DNA of 64,000 nt from Eledone cirrhosa (Eukaryota). This document shows positions 50,103 through 62,384 of the stretch, one piece after another (within the stretch, counting starts at the first letter, position 1; each line of letters begins with the position of its first letter). The stretch spans positions 94,364,001 to 94,428,000 of the forward strand of contig OZ024740.1 in NCBI GenBank assembly GCA_964016885.1, read 5' to 3'. Position numbers and translations under genes: made by a program. The notes under the pieces were generated by a model. It made no database searches. It saw only the letters and a list, made by a program, of their open reading frames with translations, and was not told where the DNA came from.

Positions 50103-52005
50103 ATGGCCGACTCACAGCTGAACCTAGTAGCTGAAAGCCTTACTCACAAACTAACACCTCACACCGACACCACCATTGTAAATATTACTATGTTTGCCAA
50201 CACTAAAAATATAAGCAGTATCAATATTTTAATTTTGTCTGAGGCAGACATTCATTTCCCGCAAGTGTTAAAGCCGCCACCCCCACCACCACCACAGCGA
50301 CAACAGAAACAAAAGAAAAATATTAACTCGTGATATCGAAATGAATTCATCCAAAATGAACTCTTCCACACCGAACACCACTGACACCTACACCACCACA
50401 ACTGAAACTAAAATTAACAACAGCAACAATGACATTAAGAAAACCACCCTGAGTTTTGCCAGAGTACCAAAGCAGTGCGAAGCATTCCAGGTGACTCAGG
50501 AGGAATTAGAAGAAGCCAAAAAAATGGTAAAGAAAGATGGGTGCAGGGTCAGCCTGACCCCCAGCCCCACCACCACCTAATAAAATGGAGCATCGGCGCC
50601 TATGCACCGTGTATTATAGAACGATTAACATAAAATCGCGGCGAGTGGAACGGGCATCCGAGTCCCAAATCCAAAAATGTTGGGACATGTGTGGGCAAAA
50701 AAACCCCACATCAGACGTGGGCAGAAATATGGAACCGTGGACGTGTTCTTTGAAACACCACAGGAGGATAGAGAACATTCCAAGGCCCCATTAAGAAGTG
50801 ACGACTTCACACTTGTCCCAAGATATTGTGGCCAGAGACTGGTGAAGATCAGGTGACCCACGTTCCACCGGCCATCGAAATTCACTGGCTAATATCTGCC
50901 GTCCTCGCCGGAATCGTAGCCAACACCAAGATAATCGAAATAGCGAAAGAAAAGCAGGGGAACTGGTCCGGATCTGGGATGGAGCTCCTGATTCAAGCGG
51001 ACCAAAAAAGCATTGAGGAGATCCCAGAGGAAATAGACCTTAATGACGGCTGCCACCTCGCCGTAATCGTCGAGGGCAGAAGGCCTAGGTGTGTATTTTG
51101 TGGTGAAGGAACCCACCTAAGGGCTTTCTGCCCTCAGACTAAAAGTTTGAGGCCACCTCTCCTACCCATCTCAGTGATTCAACCATCAAAACCAGCAGCA
51201 GCAGAGATGGCAGCAACAACTGTAGCAGCAACAACAGAGGCAACTGTAACAGCAACAACAGAAGCAACTGTAACAGCAACAACCCCAGCAACAGTAGCAA
51301 AACCAACACCATCACCACCACCTCCCAACGCGCCAGAACTACCACCTGCGCCTACACCATACCACGCCACAACCAAAACCAACGCCTGTGGAGGATTTTC
51401 CACTCCCCAGCCTTTCACAACTGGAGACAGATTGTGACGATGAGGTTTGAAGAAAAAAGGTTTGAAGAAAAAAGATAAAAAGAAACAAAAAAAGAAAACA
51501 ATTCTCTTCCCTCCCCCTCCAAAAACAAAATACAGAGGGAAACAAATAAACTATCAAACAATAAAGTTAGGACAGATATGCCCCCATCCACACCAGCATC
51601 ACCAACCCCATCACCACAAACACCAACGCCATCAGCATCATTAACCACAACACCACCATCACCAACACCACAAAAGTCACCAAAAAGCGAAACCGAAACA
51701 AACCCACAACAAGCGCAAACAATCTAAACACCCAAAACGATACACACTACACAGCATTAAATTTGAACAACAACCAATTATTACACTACATCCAACACAA
51801 CACCAGCATCACAGAAAAAGACTACACAACCCAACAGTTCACACCACTTCCACACATACAAATCACTCGCATCACACAGAAAACGTACACGACACTAAAC
51901 CAAAAATTCCCCAAAGACATCGGAGACTTCCCAGAAACATTCTCCAGGAGGATTTATAAGGACATCCTTCCGGAGGAGGCCACAAGCAGTGAAAAGGATG
52001 GATAA
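50103..52005 (+). pseudogene. LINE ORF1 (gag-like) with CCHC zinc knuckle and Thr/Pro/Lys-rich tail, frameshifted
   Basis: ORF 50826-51437 contains GRRPRCVFCGEGTHLRAFCP; flanking fragments lie in the same orientation. Confidence 0.75.
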
Positions 52006-52069
52006 ACCATACCTCCTCAACGAGAAGTAAGGTAAGTGATCTTTCCCATCTTTTCCACTCCATTTCAAC

Positions 52070-55000
52070 ATGACTTCACTCAGAAGAGGCAGCATAAATG
52101 CGCGTGGCTTGGGGTCGTCATGGAAGTAGGGCCACCTGCTCAACGACCTCAGGTCACTAAACATAGCTGTAGTGGCCATCAGCGAGATCAGAATCTCCGA
52201 AGCATGAGCCTTCGCACCGATCTTCGGCGGCTACGATGTGTACGCATCTCCCAGCCGTCCGGAATCGGGGGGAGGAGTTGCTGTGCTTTTTCGGAGAGGT
52301 TTGGATCTTGCCAGACGGGCCATCTTCCTGGACCCAGAAGGTAAGTTGGTGGTGCTAGACGTGACCAGCGGAGACGGGCAAGCTTTCAGGCTAGTGGCCG
52401 TCTATGCTCCGACAGGAGCAGATTGGCCTGATTTATTCCGGCCTCTGGAGACCTTTCTTGGAACATCCATCTCTTTAGTGTTAGTGGGCGACTGGAACGG
52501 GATTTTTGATGCACGCTGGGACTGTGTGGGATCAGCGGATAGGGGAGGAGGGTGCAAGAGCCTCACCAACCTGCACAGGCGTGTTTAACTGTCTTACAGG
52601 TACCGATTGGATTTACCGAATGTGCCAATGTGGACTTGGACAAATCGTATAGGGTCAACCAGATCATATCTAGATAGAGTATTCTGTAGGGAAATACATA
52701 GATCTAGCATAGGCTGTCCACAATTCAAGATAGTCAGCTACCCGCACCACAAATTCGTGATCTGTGTGCTTGACTTATATAGGTTTCATAGACGAGGACC
52801 CGGCAACTGGAAGCTAAACGCGTCGTTACCAGTGCGCAAGGCCTACAGAGGGCGGATTAGCGAACTAGTTAAGTGGGCGTTGACGGGGGCCATCGTCAAC
52901 AACAAGTGGTGGTTTGCTCAGAAAAGAGCAATTAGAATAGTGTCCATTAGGTTTAGTAAGGGTTTAGCAATAGAGAAAAATAGAGCAGAGACAGAATTAG
53001 TTAGAACATTTGACGAGGCGTTTAGCAAAGGCATCGCGACCGACGTACTTGCGGCGAAATTAGCCCTTGACCAATTCTTCAATGCAAAGCACGAAGGCTG
53101 CGTTGTCAGAGCTAGTGTGCGTGCTCTCAGACACGAGGGGACGAAAGTCGTTCAATCGGCCCAAGTGGCAGAGTCGCGTCATGGCAAGAAAGCCACGATA
53201 CGGGACTTGGTGGACAACGAAGGGCGCATGGTACTCAATCCCGGGCAATATGGGAAGCTTTTTCAGCGACACTTCGCACAGCTGGTCGGGGGCAGCGGAA
53301 GGCCGGGTCGAGGGATGGACTGCCGTGGCTCTCGGGCATTGAGGCGGAGTGTTGCGAAAAGCCGATAACAGCCGCTGAAGTACGGGAGGCAATGACTGGC
53401 TGCACAAGGGGTAAATCGTCTGGTTTGGTGATCTGCCCTATGAACTTTACGTACAGATGCCATATTGTTCGGAGGCCTATTGGCGCACATCTACTGCAAC
53501 TGGCAACAGAACGGGAGAAATCCCAACTCTGTGAACCGAGGAGCTGCGGCGCTGCTGAGAAAGGATCCGAACAAGGGGGATAACATAGATAATTATAGGC
53601 GCATATCTCTGCTAAACACAGAGTTCAAGATTTTGGCGAACGTGCTAGCAAAGAGGTCGGCGCTTGTCGTTAGTGGTCTGGTGGGAGAGGCGCAGACATG
53701 CGCCATTCCCGACAGATCCATCCAAGACTACCTCCACCTCATGCGTTAGATCGTAGAGAATGTAGCTAGGGAACCTGTCACGGGTGGGTCCTTGATCAAT
53801 TTAGATCAGTCGAAAGCTTTCGATAGGGTCGACCATCGTTACCTAGCGGCCGTCCTGAGAGCGGCTGACTTTGGGCCCGTCTTCACAGGATGGATCGCTG
53901 CCATCCACAGCGACATCTGCTTGGTGGTGAGAGTGAACGGTTACCTTTCGGAACCGTTCAACATCATGCACTCGGTCCGCCAAGGATGTCCCCTCTCGTC
54001 CCTCTTGTACGTATTGACTCTCGAGCCATTACAGCACAAACTGGAGACTTTGAATTGGTCCCACGCGTACTAGTATGAGGAAGGTCCGTGTCAGCATATG
54101 CGCACGATGTCACCGTAGTGGTGTCGAACTTCAAACACATCGAGGCGATCGGCACTACACTAAGGGAATACGAAGCGGTGACAGGAGCAATGATCAACCA
54201 GGAAAAGTCAGTGGGCCTGCAGCTCGGCACCTGGAGAGGCAGGTCCATGCCGTCCAACAGCGACGTCGGCCGCTGGACGGACGGACCAGTTAAATTGCTC
54301 GGGGTCTGGTTCGGTCCGGATCTCCAGACGGACAAAAACTGGGACGAGGTGGCGAGCAGGGTGGCTTCTCTCACCCAGAAATGGGCCGAGAGGAAGCTAT
54401 CCCTGAAAGGTCAAGCGGAGGTGGCTAACGCGTATATCGCGTACGTCATCTACTACCGCCTGACCGTCGTACCTTGTCCTAAGCCCCGCCTGACTGCGCT
54501 GGAACGTTTGCTCTTCCGTTTCTGTGGAAGGGACGCGCTCCGATGGTCAGGCGTTATATCTGCTGTCAACACCAGCTACGTGGTGGGCTGAGAATGATGT
54601 GGCTGATGATGCGCAGACACGCGCTCAGGCTACGACATCTCCACCTCTTCCTCGACGGTGATCAGGTGTGGTCTCAGTTTGCTAGACACTCTTTCCCCAG
54701 CTCGTCCCCTTGACGGAGATGCAGTCCTGGGTCAAGCGAAGACCGAGAGGGAGCGCTTGGAGACTGGAATGTCTTAGGCGCTCACAGCCCTCGACCAATC
54801 GGGCAATGTGATCGGTGGAAACTACACCTTGACGTTCTATAGAGGATTAGTGGAGGGGAAGAGCAACGACGTAATTGGAGAAAATCTAGGCGTCAACGAA
54901 AATCAACTAGCTAATCTCTTAGGAAGGACTTTCGGGCCAGGGCCTATGGACAACTTCCAGAAATCCCTGGCCTGGCAGTGCTACCGGGGAGCTTTGCCAG

Positions 55001-55461
55001 TTCGGGTTAAACTCTACAGGCATGGAGGTGCCGTCAACCGGGCATGTCCGAGATGCGCGAAGGGCGAAGAAACCGTCCTGCACGCACTCGTCCATTGTCC
55101 GAGCATTGCTGACTTGTGGGATTATGTCGAACACCTGCTGTCACGTGTAGGACGGATCCAGCTATCAGCTGAGTCCATCGTGAGGATTGCCCCGCCCTCT
55201 TCCTTTAGCCGGGAAGGGCAGGCAGTTTTTATCTGTCTGGTGGCCATGGCGAAAGAGATAGTATGGTGGACACGTTTGAAAGGGCTGAAGACGAGCACTT
55301 ACCTCTTCGGTGATGCCCTGATTAACTTTTTCAAATTTCATTTGAAAAGGAAAATCAGGGTAGAGAGGGAAGTGTTCTCTTGCCAGCATTTTGTTGAAAG
55401 ATGGTTGAGAGAAGCAAGTATGGCGCGAGTGAATGGGCCTACTTTGAGTATATATCTGTAA
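52070..55461 (+). pseudogene. LINE ORF2 (APE-RT-zinc finger) with multiple stops and frameshifts
   Basis: Fragments align with the intact copy; YADD>YAHD; 24-bp deletion between ggact repeats near 53320. Confidence 0.92.
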
Positions 55462-55734
55462 ATTAAATGTGGAAAAGAGGGAGAGGGCATTTGCCCTGGT
55501 AGTCAGGGTCACTGTGGTGTTTTAATGGGCTTTCTCCACAAATGTCCCTCGGAAATCTCCCCCCTATTGGGGAATTTTTCTTTGTTATTTAATTACATCC
55601 TCTGTTTTTTTACACGCAGAATGCCCATTTGTACCGTCCTGTATTATCCTGTACTGTCCTTAATCTCTACTTTATGTAAACCCTTGTGGTTAATAAAGAA
55701 AACATTATTATTGTTATTATTATTATTATTATTA

Positions 55735-58412
55735 CAGTTGCATTTATCTTGCTTTATGTTCATACGAGTTATCACCAAGTCACAACCAGTGACCTCAAGA
55801 GACAACAAGGTCCGCCATGTTCAAGGAAGAACATACATACTCACACGTGCATCTTTAGTGTTTAGACTTGTGATGTACTTATATTGACAGAATCTTCCTT
55901 AGGGCAGTTCCTATTAGTACTATCTTTTGTATTTCTCCTATACGCGGGTCTCCTGGGATTTGCGATAAGTAATCATTAGAACGCTTAGGTATCATTCCCA
56001 GAGCGCCTACAACCACTGGTATTGTTTTAGTTCTCAATTTCCACATTTTTCCAATTTCTATCTCCAGGTCCTTATACTTGCACAATTTTTCAAATGTTTT
56101 TATAGATACATTCTTGTCTATTGAAACAGACATATCAATTAGCAGGCATACCCTCTTTTTAAAGTCCTTCAATATTATATCAGGTCTATTTGCATCTATT
56201 TTTCGGTCTGTTTGGATGCTAAAGTTCCACAAGATTGAGATGTGATCTTTTTCAAGTATGGGAGGTGGTTGATGCTCCCACCAATTCTTTTGATGGGGCA
56301 GGTCAAAATGCTTACACATTATCCAATCTATGTATTGTGCAGCTCTGTCATGCCTGTTTAGGTATTCGGTTGGAGCTATAGGACTGCACATTGAAATTAT
56401 ATGGTCAATGGTCTCTGGTTGTTTTTTGCATACACGGCATAATGGGCTGCATCCATTTTTTATTATGTTGGCTTGGTAATTTTTTGTTGGCAGACACTGA
56501 TCTTGTGCTGATATAATCAGTCCTTCAGTCTCCGATTTCAGTCCAGAGGATGCCAACCACTGATGGGTTAAAGTTTTGTCAACATCAGGATTGTTAGCTC
56601 ACTCTGGGTTTTTTCCATACAGAGGCTTTTCTTGCCATTTCTTAGCCAGTTTCTGTAGCAATTCTTTCTTTTCAGTTACTTTTACCTGCTTTGCTTTTTC
56701 TGTGTTTTCCATTTCAGCAGCAAAATAGGACTTCTGAAATGTGTAGTCCATTACTCTATCTTTGTGCATATTTTGTAATGGAATATGATCTTTTGATGCT
56801 TTCATGTTTCAAAACGAGTTTGATCATCCAATCATGTGATTCCCTTAGATATGTAGATAATCCAATTGTTGCAGTTTTCAACGCAATGTCTAACTCGATT
56901 AACCCACGTCCTCCTTCTTCCCTAGGGAGATATATTCTATCTGTATCTGCCTTAGGGTGATGCATTCTGTGCATGGTTAAGAATTTTCGAATTTTTGTAT
57001 AAAGGCTATGGATCTCTGTGCTTGACCAGTTGATGACATTGTAACTTTAGGTTACTACTGGTATGGCAAGCGTGTTTATGGCATCGATTCTATTCCTTGC
57101 ATTCAATTCCGTTCTTAAGATTGCTCTAATTCTGCGGTAACATTCCTTCCTTATCCTTTCCCTCATTGTCGAGTGCTTGATTCCGTCTCCTTCACAAACA
57201 CCTAGATATTTGTAAGTTTTTTCTTGATCAAGTTCTCTTATCACGTTCCCCCGATCAAGATTAATGTCTGAACTCTTCAGCAGCTTTCCTCTGGTGAACG
57301 TTGCTTTGGCGCATTTATCTAGTCCAAACTCCATTTTAATGTCATCACTGAACTGCTCCACAGTGGATAATAGCCCTTGCAATTGTTCATCATTTTTTGC
57401 AAATAGTTTCAGGTCATCCATGTAGAACGAGTGATTAATGGTTTTGTCATAGACTTCATATCCATGTTTTGTTTTATTGATCATTTTAATTAATGGTATA
57501 AGTGCGATGCAGAATAAAAGCGGTGATAAAGAGTCACCCTGAAAAATTCCACAATTAATAATAACTTCTCCAGCTTCCAGTGATTTTGTTTCACTATTCA
57601 AAAGGAGTGTCGTTTTCCATGCCTTCATACTAAATGACAAACATCTCCTGACAACGGGGGATATTTTGAAAATCTCTAAACATTTTTCAATCCAACTGTG
57701 TGTCAAACTATCGAATGCTTTTTTTATAACCTATCCAAGCAATTGGTAGATTTTTGTGTCTATTATGACCATCTTCCAGTATCATTTTGTTAACCAAATG
57801 CTGAACCTTACAGCCATATGAGCCTCGTTTACACCCTTTCTGCTCAATGGGAAATAGGTCATTTGTTATGAGATGGTCATATGTATATTCAGTTTGGACT
57901 GATGTTAACATTTTAAACATTGTGGTCAAGCAAGTTATCGGTCTGTAATGTTGGGGATTGTTTGTCTCATCATTCTTCGGAAGCAGGAATGTAATGCCGT
58001 TAACTAGCCATGATGGTATCTTTTCTGGCTCCTTAACTATTTCATTGTAAAGTTGGGCTAACAGCTCATGAGACTATGTGAAGGCATTTATCCAAAAATG
58101 TTATATTTTGGCTTTTCCTGGGGATTTCCTGGGTGTTTCTTAGAGCCAAACGCAACTGTTCAACTGTTATATTTTCGCATATTTGTTCCTCAAGGTGAGC
58201 TGTATATTTCATTTGTCTGTATATCCATGAGGCATGTATATTATGAAATTTTTCTTCGGCCCAGATATTTTCCCAGAATTCTTGCGCTTCCCCCTTGGGT
58301 GGTATTGGTTTAACAGTTGTTGTTGACTTACCAATTTTTCTGTAGAAGTTTCTTTGGTTGGATTTGAACATAGTATTGTACTTATAGAAACTAGATCGTT
58401 TTTTCAAAGCGC
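55735..58412 (-). mobile_element. 5'-truncated, disabled R4/Dong-like non-LTR retrotransposon (RT + CCHC + RLE), family A
   Basis: GIFQGDSLSPLLF, YMDDLKLFAK, LYLPR..GGRGL-like DRIYLPREEGGRGL, CRVC..ETIDHIISMC..RHD, NRPDII, IPVVVGALG; (TAA)n at both ends. Confidence 0.88.
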
Positions 58413-58434
58413 CTTATTATTATTATTATTATTA

Positions 58435-61400
58435 TACCAGACGATCAAGTGAAAAGGGATGTAAAAACCATCCCTCCTCTACCAAAAGTACGGTAAGTGG
58501 TCTTTCCCATCTTTTCCACTCTATTTTAAACATGACCTCACTCAGAATAGGCAGCATAAATGCGCGTGGCTTGGGGTCGTCATGGAAGCAGGGTCACCTG
58601 CTCAACGACCTCAGGTCACTAAACATAGATGTAGTGGCCATCAGCGAGACCAGAATCTCCGAAGCACGGGCCTTCGCACCGATCTTCGGCGGCTACGATG
58701 TGTACGCATCTCCCAGCCGTCCTGGATCGGGGGGAGGAGTTGCTGTGCTTTTTCGGAGAGGTTTGGATCTTGCCAGACGGGCCATCTTCCTGGACCCAGA
58801 AGGTAAGTTGGTGGTGCTAGACGTGACCAGCGGAGACTGGCAAGCTTTCAGGCTAGTGGCCGTCTATGCCCCGACAGGAGCAGGGCGGCCTGATTTCTTC
58901 CGGCGTCTGGAGACCTTTCTTGGAACGTCCCGCTCTTTAGTGTTAGTGGGCGACTGGAACGGGATCTTAGATGCACGCTGGGACTGTGTGGGATTAGCGG
59001 ATAGGGGTGGAGGGTGCAAGAGCCTCACCAACCTGCTCAGGCGTTTTGAACTGTCTGACAGGTACCGATTGGATTTCCCGAATGTGCCAATGTGGACTTG
59101 GACAAACCGCATTGGGTCATCCAGATCATATCTAGATAGAGTATTTTGTAGGGAAATAGATAGGTCTAGCATAGGCTGTCCACAATTCAAGATAGTCAGC
59201 TACACGGACCACAAATTCGTGACCTGTGGGCTTGACTTAGATAGGCTTCATAGACGAGGACCCGGCTACTGGAAGCTAAACGCGTCCTTACCAGCGCGCA
59301 AGGCCTACAGAGACCGGATTAGCGAACTAGTTAAGCGGGCGTTGACGGGGGCCATCGTCAACAACAAGTGGTGGTTTGCTCTGAAAAGAGCGATTAGAAT
59401 AGAATCGATTAGGTTTAGTAAGGCTTTAGCAATAGAGAAAAATAGAGCAGAGGGAGAACTAGTTAGAAAATTAGACGAGGCGCTTAGCAAAGGCATTGCG
59501 ACCGACGTGCTTGCGGCGAAATTGGCCCTTGACCAATTCTTCAATGCAAAGCACGAAGGCTGCGTTGTCAGAGCTAGGGTGCGTGCTCTCAGACACGAGG
59601 GGACGAAAGCCGTTCAATGGGCCCGAGTGGCGGAGGCGCGTCGTGGCAACAAAGCCACGATCCGGTCTTTGGTGGACCACGACGGGCGCATGCTACTCGA
59701 CCCCGGGCAAATGTGTGAAGCTTTTCAGCGACACTTCGCTCAGCTGTTCGGGGGCAGCGGGGGGCCGGGTAGAGGGATGGACTTTAGTGTCTACCTCGAC
59801 GGACTGCCGCGGCTCTCGGCCACTGAGGCGAAGTGTTGCGAAAAGCCGATAACAGCCGCTGAAGTACGGGAGGCAATGACTGGCTGCACAAGGGGTAAAT
59901 CGCCTGGTTTGGATGGTCTGCCCTATGAACTTTACGTACAGATGCCAGACTTGTTCGGAGGCCTCTTGGCGGACGTCTACTGCAACTGGCAACAGAACGG
60001 GAGAATTCCCAGTTCTGTGAGCCGAGGAGCGGTGGCACTGCTGAGAAAGGATCCGAACAAGGGGGATAACATAGACAATTTCCGGCCCATAACTCTGCTA
60101 AACACAGAGTTTAAGATTTTGGCCAAGGTGCTAGCAAAGAGGTTGGCGCTTGTCGTTGGTGGTCTGGTGGGAGAGGCGCAGACATGCGCCATTCCCGACA
60201 GATCCATCCACGACAACCTCCACCTCATGCGATACATCGTAGAGAGGGTAGCTAGGGAACCTGGCACGGGTGGGTCCTTGATCAATTTAGATCAGTCGAA
60301 AGCTTTCGATAGGGTCGACCATCGTTACCTAGCGGCAGTCCTGAGGGCGGCTGGCTTTGGGCCCGTCTTCAGAGGCTGGATCGCTGCCATGCACAGCGAC
60401 ATCTGCTCTGTGGTGAGAGTGAACGGTCACCTGTCGGAACCGTTCAACATCATGCGCTCGGTCCGCCAAGGATGTCCCCTCTCGTCCCTCTTGTACGTAT
60501 TGACTCTCGAGCCATTACTGCACAAACTGGAGACGTTGAGGGGAGTCCCGCGCGAACTAGGATGCGGAAGATCCGTGTCAGCATATGCGGACGATGTCAC
60601 CGTAGTGGTGTCGAACGCCAAACACATCGAGGCGATCGGCACTACACTAAGAGAATACGAAGCGGTGACAGGAGCAATGATCAACCAGGAAAAGTCAGTG
60701 GGCCTGCAGCTTGGCACCTGGAGAGGCAGGTCCATGCCGTCCAACAGCGTCGTCGGGCGCTGGACGGACGGACCGGTTAAATTGCTAGGGGTCTGGTTCG
60801 GTCCGGACCTCCAGACGGACAAAAACTGGGACGAGGTGACGAGCAGGGTGGCTTCTCTCACCCAGAAATGGGCGGAGAGGAAGCTATCCCTGAAAGGTCG
60901 AGCGGAGGTGGCTAACGCGTACATCGCGTCTGTCATCTGCTACCGCCTAACCGTCGTACCTTGTCCTAAGCCTCGCCTGACTGCGCTGGAGCGTTTGCTC
61001 TTTCGCTTTTTGTGGAAGGGACGTGCTCCGATGGTCAGGCGGTCCATCTGTTGTCAACACCCGCTACGTGGAGGGCTGGGCATGCCGTGGCTGATGATGC
61101 GCAGGCACGCGCTCAGGCTACGACATCTCCACCTCTTCCTCGACGGTGATCAGGTGTGGTCGCCGTTTGCTAGACGCGTTTTTCCCCAGCTCGTTTCCTT
61201 GACGGAGCTGCAGTCCTGGGTCAAGCGAAGACCGAGAGGGAGCGCCTGGAGACTGGAATGTCTTCAGGCGCTCACAGCCCTCGACCAATCGGGCAATGTG
61301 ATCGGTGGAAACTCCACCTCGGCGTTCTATAGAGGATTAGTGGAGGGGAAGAGCGACGACGTACTTGGGGAAACTCTAGGCGTCGACGAAAATCAACTAG

Positions 61401-62214
61401 CCAATCTCTTCGGAAGAACTTTCGGGCCAGGGCCTATGGACAACTTCCAGAAATCTCTGGCCTGGCAGTGCTACCGAGGAGCCTTGCCAGTTCGGGATAA
61501 ACTCTACAGGCATGGAGGTGCCGTCAGCCGGGCATGTCCGAGATGCGCGCAGGGCGACGAAACCGTCCTGCACGCACTCGTCCAGTGTCCGAAAATTGCT
61601 GACTTGTGGGTTTATGTCGAACACCTGCTGTCGCGTTTAGGACGGATCCAGCTATCATCTGAGTCTATCGTGAGGATTGCCCCGCCCTCCTCCTTTAGCC
61701 GGGAAGGGCAGGCAGTTTTTATCTGTCTGGTGGCCATGGCGAAAGAGATAGTATGGTGGACACGTTTGAAAGGGCTGAAGACGAGCACTTACCTCTTCGG
61801 TGATGCTCTGATTGACTTTTTCAAATTTCATTTGAAAAGGAAAATCAGAGTAGAGAAGGAAGTGCTCTCTTTCCAGCATTTTGTTGAAAGATGGGTGAGA
61901 GAAGCAAGAATGGCCCGAGTGAATGGGTCGACTCTGAGTATATATCTGTAAACTAAAGGTGGAAAACTGGGAGAGGGCACTTGCCTTGGTGGTCAGGGTC
62001 ATTGTGGCTTTTTACTGGGCTTTCTCCACAAATGTCCCTCCGAAGTCTCCCCCCTATTGGGGAATTTTTCATTGTTATTTTTTGTTACATCCTCTGTTTT
62101 TGTTTTTTGTTACATCCTCTGTTTTTGTTTTTTACACGCAGAAATGCCCATTTGTATTGTCCTGCACTGTCCTTAATGTCTACTTTATGTAAACCCTTGT
62201 GGTTAATAAAGAAA

Positions 62215-62280
<66 letters not shown>
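58435..62280 (+). mobile_element. 5'-truncated Tx1/L1-like LINE, copy 2, with intact ORF2
   Basis: Starts after (ATT)n at 58415-58434 about 100 bp before ORF2; ends in a (TTA)n tail at 62218-62280. Confidence 0.93.
58532..61951 (+). CDS. Intact ORF2 polyprotein, 1139 aa: apurinic-like endonuclease, reverse transcriptase, C-terminal zinc finger
   Basis: SINARGL, ISET, VYAP, GDWN, SYLDR, TDH (APE); KSPGLDGLP, FRPITLLN, LDQSKAFDRV, VRQGCPLS, YADD (RT); CPRC..ETVLHALVQC. Confidence 0.96.
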   Translation: MTSLRIGSINARGLGSSWKQGHLLNDLRSLNIDVVAISETRISEARAFAPIFGGYDVYASPSRPGSGGGVAVLFRRGLDLARRAIFLDPEGKLVVLDVTSGDWQAFRLVAVYAPTGAGRPDFFRRLETFLGTSRSLVLVGDWNGILDARWDCVGLADRGGGCKSLTNLLRRFELSDRYRLDFPNVPMWTWTNRIGSSRSYLDRVFCREIDRSSIGCPQFKIVSYTDHKFVTCGLDLDRLHRRGPGYWKLNASLPARKAYRDRISELVKRALTGAIVNNKWWFALKRAIRIESIRFSKALAIEKNRAEGELVRKLDEALSKGIATDVLAAKLALDQFFNAKHEGCVVRARVRALRHEGTKAVQWARVAEARRGNKATIRSLVDHDGRMLLDPGQMCEAFQRHFAQLFGGSGGPGRGMDFSVYLDGLPRLSATEAKCCEKPITAAEVREAMTGCTRGKSPGLDGLPYELYVQMPDLFGGLLADVYCNWQQNGRIPSSVSRGAVALLRKDPNKGDNIDNFRPITLLNTEFKILAKVLAKRLALVVGGLVGEAQTCAIPDRSIHDNLHLMRYIVERVAREPGTGGSLINLDQSKAFDRVDHRYLAAVLRAAGFGPVFRGWIAAMHSDICSVVRVNGHLSEPFNIMRSVRQGCPLSSLLYVLTLEPLLHKLETLRGVPRELGCGRSVSAYADDVTVVVSNAKHIEAIGTTLREYEAVTGAMINQEKSVGLQLGTWRGRSMPSNSVVGRWTDGPVKLLGVWFGPDLQTDKNWDEVTSRVASLTQKWAERKLSLKGRAEVANAYIASVICYRLTVVPCPKPRLTALERLLFRFLWKGRAPMVRRSICCQHPLRGGLGMPWLMMRRHALRLRHLHLFLDGDQVWSPFARRVFPQLVSLTELQSWVKRRPRGSAWRLECLQALTALDQSGNVIGGNSTSAFYRGLVEGKSDDVLGETLGVDENQLANLFGRTFGPGPMDNFQKSLAWQCYRGALPVRDKLYRHGGAVSRACPRCAQGDETVLHALVQCPKIADLWVYVEHLLSRLGRIQLSSESIVRIAPPSSFSREGQAVFICLVAMAKEIVWWTRLKGLKTSTYLFGDALIDFFKFHLKRKIRVEKEVLSFQHFVERWVREARMARVNGSTLSIYL

Positions 62281-62281
<1 letters not shown>

Positions 62282-62338
62282 GTTGGCTTGGTAATTTTTT
62301 GTTGGCAGACACTGATCTTGTGCTGATATAATCAGTCC

Positions 62339-62340
<2 letters not shown>
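62281..62340 (-). mobile_element. 60-bp internal fragment of R4/Dong family A embedded in (ATT)n
   Basis: Identical to 56466-56525. Confidence 0.92.
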
Positions 62341-62373
<33 letters not shown>

Positions 62374-62384
62374 GTTATTGTTAT

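Larger units (their letters stand above)
49888..55734 (+). mobile_element. Apparently full-length but disabled Tx1/L1-like LINE, copy 1
   Basis: Begins after (ATT)n; ORF1 remnant, ORF2 remnant nearly identical to 58532-61951, 3' UTR and (TTA)n tail. Confidence 0.9.
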
